A stretch of 64,000 nt of DNA, from assembly GCF_009914755.1 (NCBI RefSeq), contig NC_060927.1, one strand, 5' to 3'. The notes beneath the pieces were generated by a model. The model was not told the DNA's origin and ran no database searches. It was given only the letters and a program-made list of their open reading frames with translations. Source of the DNA: the human T2T-CHM13v2.0 reference genome, Homo sapiens. Positions 55,255 to 64,000 of this stretch are shown one piece after another (position 1 is the first letter of the stretch; each line of letters begins with the position of its first letter). Both the position numbers and the translations under genes were made by a program.

Positions 55255-58050
55255 TACTCATTTATTCCTGCAACAAATATTAACAACCTACTCTGTGCTA
55301 CACAACGTGCTGGGTATTAGGCATATAGCTGCAACCTAAATGGACATAATACCTTTATTCATAGATATTACAATAGAAAACATAAAAGTAGTTAGAATAT
55401 TTCAAAAGGAAATGCAAACCTGCAAAGTGAAATAAGTTTCTAAACGTGTATATACCAAGGCAAATCTAAGCTGCAATAGTTATTTTGTTTCATCCTTTGT
55501 TGTTCTTAAAGTTATATTTAAGATATAACTTCATGATTATGGTCATAGCCAGATGAAGAGTGAAAAAAGAAAACATACTCTAGGCAGAAGGTACAGCAGG
55601 GGCCAAGAACCAGAGGCAAGAAAAATAATAATTTGTTTGAGAAACTAATAAACTCATCATCTTTGGAGTGGAAGCAGTAAAGGGGAACTAACTGCATTTG
55701 ATGTTGTAGAGGTAGAAAGTCATGAGACTGTGTACAATCTGGTAAGCCTTGTTGGAGATCATAGCTTGGGAAGTCATTGTAATAATTTATGGCAAGAGTA
55801 ACATGATCATATATGCATTTCAGGAAAGATGACTCTGAAATTAGATAATGAGGTGGAGGAAGGCAGCTGAGTGGTTGCAGTGAGAATAGTGAGGAGGTGA
55901 TTGCAGAAGTTTGTTAAAGAAATGACGGTGCATTGATGAGCGCTTTAATGGAAGAAAATAGGTAGAACCAAGAACTTTAGGATGTAGAATCAAAAGAATT
56001 TGTAGTTAGTTGGATGTGAGAAGGAGTGAAAACCAGGGAATAGCTAGGAACATGCCCCAGATTTCTGGATGGATTACCAGAGGCTGGGGTGCCATTTTAA
56101 CAAATAGAAAACACAGAAAAGGAGTAGGTAGTACAGGGCAAACTGAAGCATAAAAGATAATACATATTGTTTCCAACTGGAATTTGTGAATGTGTTAGAA
56201 TCAAGTAGGCAGTTGGATATGTGGTTCAGAATTCAGGAGAGAATTCAGGAGATATATGTGGTCTGGATGTAGGTAAATTTTTACACACCCCGAAATAGCT
56301 ATTAAAGCCCAATGAAAGGAATTAGATATCTATAGGGATAGAGAATAGCTAGAGAAGACAAGGAGATGTAGGAGAAAAGTTGAGAAATTCATTGATGGAA
56401 AAGAAAGAACAAGCAAAGAAAACTAAGAAGGAATGGCCAGAGAAATAGTCAAAAAGCTAAGAGAATATGTGACATGAAAATTTAGTAAAGAGAGAGTTCC
56501 AAAAAGGAGGAAGCAGCCAGCAGTTCAAATTCTTTCAAAAATTAAAGTAAGGTACAATAAACACATTGCAATTGAATTTTGGAGTGGGTAAGACATTAGT
56601 GACTTTGATAAAAGCAGTTTCCCTGTATTTATGTAAGTTGAAACAAGGTTGGAATAAACTGGAAATAAAAAATGTGATGGACTGGAAAAAAGAGCAATAA
56701 ACACATTACGTAAGTTTGGGTGGAGAGAAGAGAAATAGGATAGTTAACTGGGCTATTGGGTTGAGGACAGATGCTTTTGTTTTATTTAATTTTATTAAAA
56801 TAGGGCAATATGAACACACTTTAAAGCAGGTGGGATGGAGGTTAAAAATGCAGTTGTGTTAGTTGAGAGATAGATAATTAATAGCACAAGGTTTAGGGAA
56901 GGGTGAAACAACTGGAATCTATCTGGAGAATAAAGGGGAGGATTGGCCTTGAAAGGGATAAAAGGGATTTTGCCCTTTGTATCAGGAGGAAAGGAGGAAG
57001 AATGGGTATAGCTGTATGTGACATGATATCTTCTGTAGTGACAATCGAAGGACATTTCTCATATATCTGCAGATAGTGTGAGGTAAGTTGAAGGATTTAA
57101 GTTTAAGCAGGTAAGAGAAGGTTTGATATAGTCATTATGTGGAATATGGAAGAAAGCATTTCAGGTAAACTTACTCAGTCTTGAGATATTTTAAAACTGC
57201 CCAACTGAAGACTATTACATTTTTTGATGTCAACTTGTGTAATAGTTAGATATTTCTCAACCTAGACTATAAGTACGGAGAAAGTGCTTAGTGTATTCAC
57301 CTAGAGATAGGGATTTGGCATGTGTGCATGGGAAAAGTAATTTTAGGAATGGAAGGAGAGTAGTAGATAATTTGTTGAATCAAAATGGGGGAATATAAAC
57401 AGACGTGAAGTTGATATAAATAAATAATATAGACAGAGTGGATCGATATAGATAAATGGATGTGTACATACACATACACATATATATGTACTTAGGGTAA
57501 TGGTGCCATAGATTCAACAATATTTTAAAGACAAAGTGTAAGTGCAATAGCAGAGTGACATATACAGAATTTTAGGAGATTGTGGTCAAACAGTGAAATT
57601 TCTGAAGCAAGTTTTATGTGATTGCTTCGTTTACTTTATGGTTAAACAAGTGTGTAGTTAAAATAAAATGGTGGAGAATGTCACTGGAGACGTAGAATTT
57701 GAGATGTAAAATTCAAAATGTAGAATTTAAAGCTGATAGTGCAGTTTGACCAGAAAGGAACAATGTGGTCTGGGTGCCAAGGTTATTAGTGAATAAGAAA
57801 AAATGACCAAGAGACTGGCAGATAGTACAGAGGATGAGGAGGGTTGGAGAGCTGAAATGACAGGCCACAGATGAGCAAGGGTAATGGTCTGAAAGCAGCG
57901 CTAGGGGACAATGATGACAAAGACCCAATTCTACATAATTTCTTGTGGTGTGAGGGGCAATGTGTGGCCTTTGCTTGAGAGAAATGTGAGGGATATGGTG
58001 TTCTCAGTAGATAAGTAGTTTACATTTAAAGTTAGAAGGTGTAGAGAGCA
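55255..58050 (-). mobile_element. Long L2 relic(s)
   Basis: 3' tail tactcatttattcctgcaacaaatatt; caagtaggcagttggatatgtgg; gtgactttgataaaagcagtttc. Confidence 0.7.
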
Positions 58051-58309
58051 TTCAGTAAAAATTTAACAACATAAACTGTGTATAAAGACAAGTGCAGACA
58101 CTTATTTATCTGGGATATTGGGTACATATAATGATATGTGTATGTTCACCTTTGTAGCAAACTGCTAAGCTATTTTCCAAAGTGAATGTACCATATTCCA
58201 TTACTAAATACATTTATGAAAGTTTAATTTTATCCATATCATCACCAATATTTGGTGTTTTTAAGTTTTAGCAATGGATGGGGGTGTCTCAGTTTTAATT
58301 TGCATTTCT

Positions 58310-58616
<307 letters not shown>

Positions 58617-58790
58617 TTAATTTGCATTTCTAAGATGGCTAATGATATTGTGCACTGCTTCACCCATTTATTGACTATATATTTGCCTTTCGTGAAAACT
58701 TTAAGTCCTTTGTCTGGAGTGTTGATTGGATTATTTTCTTATTGAGTTGTAGTTGTTGTTTATATATTCTGGATACAAGCCCTTTGTTCT

Positions 58791-58985
58791 AAAAGGAAAC
58801 AACAGACACTGGGGTCTACTTGAGAGAGGAGAGGGTGGGAGGAGGGAGAGGAGCAGCAAAGACTGCAATTGAGTACTGGGCTTAACATCTGGGTGATAAT
58901 CTACAAACTACAAACCCCGGTGACACATGTTTACCTATATAGTAAACCTTCAAATGTACCCTCAAACCTAAAATAAAAGTTAAAA
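58791..58985 (+). mobile_element. Short L1PA (older, about PA13-16 type) 3' end
   Basis: aacagacactggggtctacttgag...gtttacctatatagtaaacc...aaataaaagttaaaaaa; 14-bp TSD aag(c/t)cctttgttct. Confidence 0.9.
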
Positions 58986-59869
58986 AAGTCCTTTGTTCTG
59001 TTTACGCATATGTGCTCATTTGTGTGCATGTGTGTTTAAGTATACACACTCATACTCATATGCAGACGTATATACACATACATGTAAAATTTTCTCCTAG
59101 TTTTTGTTAATGGTGTAATTTGAAGAGTAGAAGTTTTAGATTTTTATGAATTCCAATTATCAATTTTTATGGTGTTTCCTAAGACATCTTTGTTTATCCA
59201 ATAATCATGAAAAATTTCTCCTTTTTTTCTAAAAGTTTATAGTGTTAGCATTACACTTAATTCTATGATCCATTTCAGGTAATTTTTGAGAATGATATGA
59301 AATAAGGGTCAAATTTAATGTTTTCTGTAATGATTTCCAGTTACTCCAACACCATTTGGTGAAAACATTATCTTTCATTTTGTTTAATGACCTTACTACA
59401 TTTGTGAACATAAACTGATCTTACCTGTACATCTAATTTAGAACTCTCTCTTCTCAGCCAGTGTTCTAGATACACTTTCAGATAACATAAATTTGCTTTT
59501 TCTTTTTCAAAATTATTTCAGCTATTTAAAATCTTTTGCATTTTTATATTAATGATAAAATCAGCTTATACATTTCTACAAAGAAAAGCTTGCTGGAATT
59601 GTAATTGGGATTGAACTGAAACTGCAGAAAAATTTGGGAAGAATCAACATTTTAACAATACTGAGTCTACCAATAAACTGAAATGGTGTATAGCTCGAAT
59701 TATTTATTTCTTTTTGTCTCATAAATTTTCTTTGAGTTTTCAATGTACATGTCTTTCATATTTTGTTAAGTATACTCCTGTTTCACATTTTTATGTTATT
59801 CAAGACAGTATTGTTTACAATTTTTATTTTATAATCATTTATTACAATTAATTACTTTAATTGGTGGCT

Positions 59870-61000
59870 ATATTGAACTAATATTTTTTGAGTATCTGCT
59901 ATATGTAGTTGCTTGTTTTATCCTGGAGTTACCATGATTAGTAAAATCATAGGCCTTCTCTGACTATGAGTTTACGATCTAGGAGAAGAAACAGACATTG
60001 ATAAAAGAGTCACATATTAAGTGCAGTAAAAGAGGACTACCTACTTCTTTTTTTTTTTTTTTTTTTGAGACGGAGTCTCGCTGTCGCCCAGGCTGGAGTG
60101 CAGTGGCGCAATCTCGGCTCACTGCAGGCTCCGCCCCCTGGGGTTCACGCCATTCTCCTGCCTCAGCCTCCCGAGTAGCTGGGACTACAGGCGCCCGCCA
60201 CCTCGCCCGGCTAATTTTTTGTATTTTTAGTAGAGACGGGGTTTCACCGTGTTAGCCAGGATGGTCTCGATCTCCTGACCTCGTGATCCGCCCTCCTCGG
60301 CCTCCCAAAGTGCTGGGATTACAGGCGTGAGCCACCGCGCCCGGCCGACTACCTACTTCTTTAAGGGATATAATCAAGTAACTTGACCTTAGGAGGAGAG
60401 TACAGAAAGTTTTCCTGTGAAAATGCAAGGTGTTGAAGTCTGAAGCCGGAACAAGCATTGACTAGGTTAGCGAGGAGTGAAGCACATTCTATCCACAACA
60501 AGGAACATGAGAAACGACCTGTGGTGGGAGGAAACACAGTGAGGTTATGGTTCTGAGAGATGATCATGGTAGTTAGGAGAGAGCGAGGAGAAGCGCAATG
60601 TTAGATTTTGCAGGAGAGATACCTTAGTGGCTAGATAATGATCTTGAAGCCAAATCTCTATTCTAAATGGCTTTATGCAGGAGCATAAGATTATAATAGT
60701 TACATTTTAAAAAGATCAGTATGGCTGCCATGTGAAGAGTGGATTGGAGTAAAGCCATAGTTGAATTAGAGAGGACAGTTAAGCGGGTACAGCAATAGTC
60801 CAAAGTGGTGGCTTGAACTAGCATGGTGAATTGGAAATGGAGAGAATTGGATATATTCAGGAGGTAATTTAGAGAAAAAATACTAACAGAGTTAGTGATA
60901 GCTTGAATATGGCAGGTAAGGAAAAGGGAGGAGTTGAGGGATGGCGTCAGTGTGCCAAACGTATGACAGTGATATTTTTAAGAAAAACAAGAGGGCATGT
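59870..61000 (-). mobile_element. L2 relic split by AluYe5
   Basis: ttttaaaaagatcagtatggctgccatgtgaagagtggattggag etc. Confidence 0.65.
60051..60346 (-). mobile_element. AluYe5-type young Alu
   Basis: Sense strand carries GGGCGAGGTGGCG, AACCCCAGGGGGCGGAGCCTGCAG and GACAGCGAGAC (2-nt deletion); perfect 16-bp TSD gactacctacttcttt; CpGs largely intact. Confidence 0.9.
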
Positions 61001-63439
61001 GAAATAGATATATGATAAGTGTGCTTGGTGCTCAGTAAATAGGTCTGAGTAGAAGATAAACATTTACCGCCCAATAGGAAATAGCTGTCAGGTGAAATCT
61101 TAGGTGAAGATACAATGATTTTAGTGAGAATTACAGAAAGGGAGAAAGGGCCACTCTCAATTCTCGTTCTTCCTCTTTCTACTTCAAGTGTATTTCAGCT
61201 AGAAGTATGTCAAGACTATCCTGTGCATCTTGTCTTTTCCTCCTGAAGTTTCCAGTTTTGTCAGTTTTCTACTTTGATTTCTTATGTTTGTGCTACCTTT
61301 ACAATAGTATACTTGAGATGCTGCACTTGTAACATTATTCATCTTTTATTAGTTTTGTCAAGTTCTATAAAATTACTATTATTAACAAGAATAATGATAG
61401 AGAATAATTTGTCACAATGCTGATAATCCCTCATGTAACACTACAAAATTGACAAATAACAGAGATTTATTGAACAAGCATCTGAGCAGTCATATTTACT
61501 TTGTAGTGTATCACTAGAAAGATATAAAATATGAAAGAGTTTGCCTTAATTTAATAGACTGAGGAAGAAAAATTGAAAATGAAATAGGGGTGATGTGTTA
61601 TAGTATTTATATTCATAAAATATTAAAATTGTTTAGCATATATAATATTATTGTGCAAAATCAGCCTTTAAATTATTTATTGTTATTACTAGGATATCTC
61701 CTATCTCTTTTTTTTTCAAAATAACATCACAGTTTGAGGCATTTTAAGTCCAAATAGTAAGTGTTTCATTTTACTAAAAGTGAACAGTAAGAAGTGTCCT
61801 GATAATACATAAATTGTTCATTCCCCTTCTAGGTGCCATCTACTATTTTATTTATTCATAAAGCAATCCTTAATCTGGGAGCTGAGCCAGTAAATTGATT
61901 TCATTTTCATTACTTATAGCAGCTTTTTGGATAGGAACCATTGTTCTAACTAAGTAAAATTGGGGAACTGTTTCCTGACAACCTACAGGAAAAAATATGA
62001 TTTCCTATAATAAAACATTGAACTACGTCCAACTCAGAGAAATATGCTGAATTCATAAACAGAAAATTAAATGCCCTAATGTAGAATGAATATAGATGTT
62101 ATGGCCACTGGAATTGTTCTTAAACTTGAGCTGCTATTACTTATGCAAAATGTCTATGGAAGATGAATGGCCCATTGTTGAACCCATTGAACAAAAAGCT
62201 TTGATTTCTAGCAGTGATTTTAATCAAGACTCATTATATGACTTAGAATAAGATACTTAAAAATTCCATGCTTCTGTTTTATCATGTGAACAAGAAAGAA
62301 AAATATACTTTCTCTCTGCCCTTGAACTCTTAAATTATAAAGAATATTAATGCTGAAGGACCCCACTAATATGAACGCAAAAACTTTGTAATTAACAAAA
62401 ATCATTTAAATCCACACACCAGTTAGATAAATTAATCCTAAAATAAATTGGGTGCGTATATACTTAAAAATTCTTAAATGCTGTATATACCAAAGTATAT
62501 GTTCCATCTTAACTAATGAAACTCTTTCCACTCTGCTGGGCTTATTTTTAGAAATAGAGAAAGGTCCCATCTTGACTGTGAAGAGAAAGCATAGATGTCA
62601 GATATGAAAGTCAGGAGGCTTTATTTAACAATTACAAGTTGAAAGCTATTCTGGCCATGAAGTCTTGAGATACTATAAAGACATCTTGATTTATCTTCAA
62701 CAGGAGCCTTATATAGGGAGACAGATAATTCATTATTTGTAGCTGTTTTTCATTCTTACACTTTGATGGCAGGGAATATTTATGTCTTGCTCAGTGCTAA
62801 AATTTGTGTAGCTTTCACAGTCTCTTGCACATATTAATGCTCAATAGATATCTGAGGAAGAAACAATATTAAACAAAATATCCACTCACTTATTCATAAA
62901 TGATTTTTTATAGAAATAGTAACTATCTTGGGTTTAAGGATACAAAGATGAATCAGATGCACATAAGGAGGTCTGTCAGAGAATAAAGACAAACAAAAAG
63001 ATATAATTTTAATAAAATATTAACTTAATAGGACATGAACATTGATATAGGTGGTGTTTTTTAATGAGGCCATTTTTGAGGGATGCATTCCTCAACAATA
63101 GCATAAAGACTGAAAGCATTTTGGAATTCATTTGCAAATATTATGTTATTGTGAATTCTATTACGAAAGATTTTATTATTTCATTCTTAGAGCAAAATGG
63201 TTGTCTGAGGCTTTATTGTTAACATTTTGAATACAATTTATTGACTTAAACATTTAAAAAATACATCATCTACCTTCTAAAAAATATATATGTCACCAAT
63301 ATAAGAAATATTTAGAAGTGATTATCCAGGATCAGTTGAAAAGAACTAGGGTAGCCAAACGCCTCACTCACTCTGCTCCTGCATCCAAAGGTCAGACTCA
63401 AAAATACAGACCAATAAGAGTTTAACTTTTATGTCAATC

Positions 63440-63550
63440 TTTCATTCATCCTTACATTTATTCATTTGATAAATGTTTATTAAGTGCTTACTATATGCTG
63501 GTAAGGTGCTGGACATTGGGCAGGAAGTGATAAATAAAACTGATTCTTCC
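63440..63550 (-). mobile_element. L2 3' end
   Basis: ttcattcatcc...aaatgtttattaagtgcttactatatgctgg. Confidence 0.75.
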
Positions 63551-64000
63551 TGGCAGAAATATGGCAGGCACACAGGCCTGAGACTGGAGTACGGCTTCCT
63601 ACTTCTTCCTCCGCAAACTAAAGACAGCGAGCCCCAGGGTGCTAATCCAACTGAGCTGCCACTCCAACTACAATTAGCGAAGCTGAACAAGAAAGGAGAG
63701 ATGGAAAACCTGCCCCTAAATGAGGTATCCTAACCTCATGTGTTTTCCAGTGAAGCGAATTACAAAGGCGAGTTCAGAAAGAAAAATGAACCGGGGAACC
63801 TGAATCTTGCCTTGAGGCATAGAACTGACCCAGATTAGTAAAATATGGCACAGAAATTACAGACAATGCACAATAGAATGAATACTTGAGGAATCAAAAA
63901 GCAAAAAGTATAAAACATTATCATATAATGAATATCACGTAATAGAAGCATCATAAAATGAAGCATATAATGAGTATGATATTTGAGAGTAGAAAAGTAA

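Overview
This is AT-rich, CpG-depleted primate genomic DNA. A near-consensus AluYe5-type copy points to a hominoid genome, probably human. The window is intronic or intergenic and roughly half or more derives from transposable elements: a near-complete Tigger1, a near-full-length L1MA-class LINE with a 17-bp TSD nested in an older L1, nine Alus (all on the minus strand), THE1/MST/MLT1/MER57/MER67 LTRs, MER3, a MADE1 (miR-548-type hairpin), and many L2/MIR relics. I recognise no protein-coding gene, structural RNA gene or CpG island. The ORF track is explained by decayed repeats, microsatellites and chance. I found no credible new biological system. The most distinctive signals are mutational footprints (short fold-back palindromes and templated insertions inside repeats), an expanded MADE1 hairpin, the Alu orientation bias, a young AluYe5 and one well-formed candidate + strand exon at 46527-46734. 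Repeat subfamily calls come from remembered consensus sequences, and boundaries without a stated TSD are approximate.
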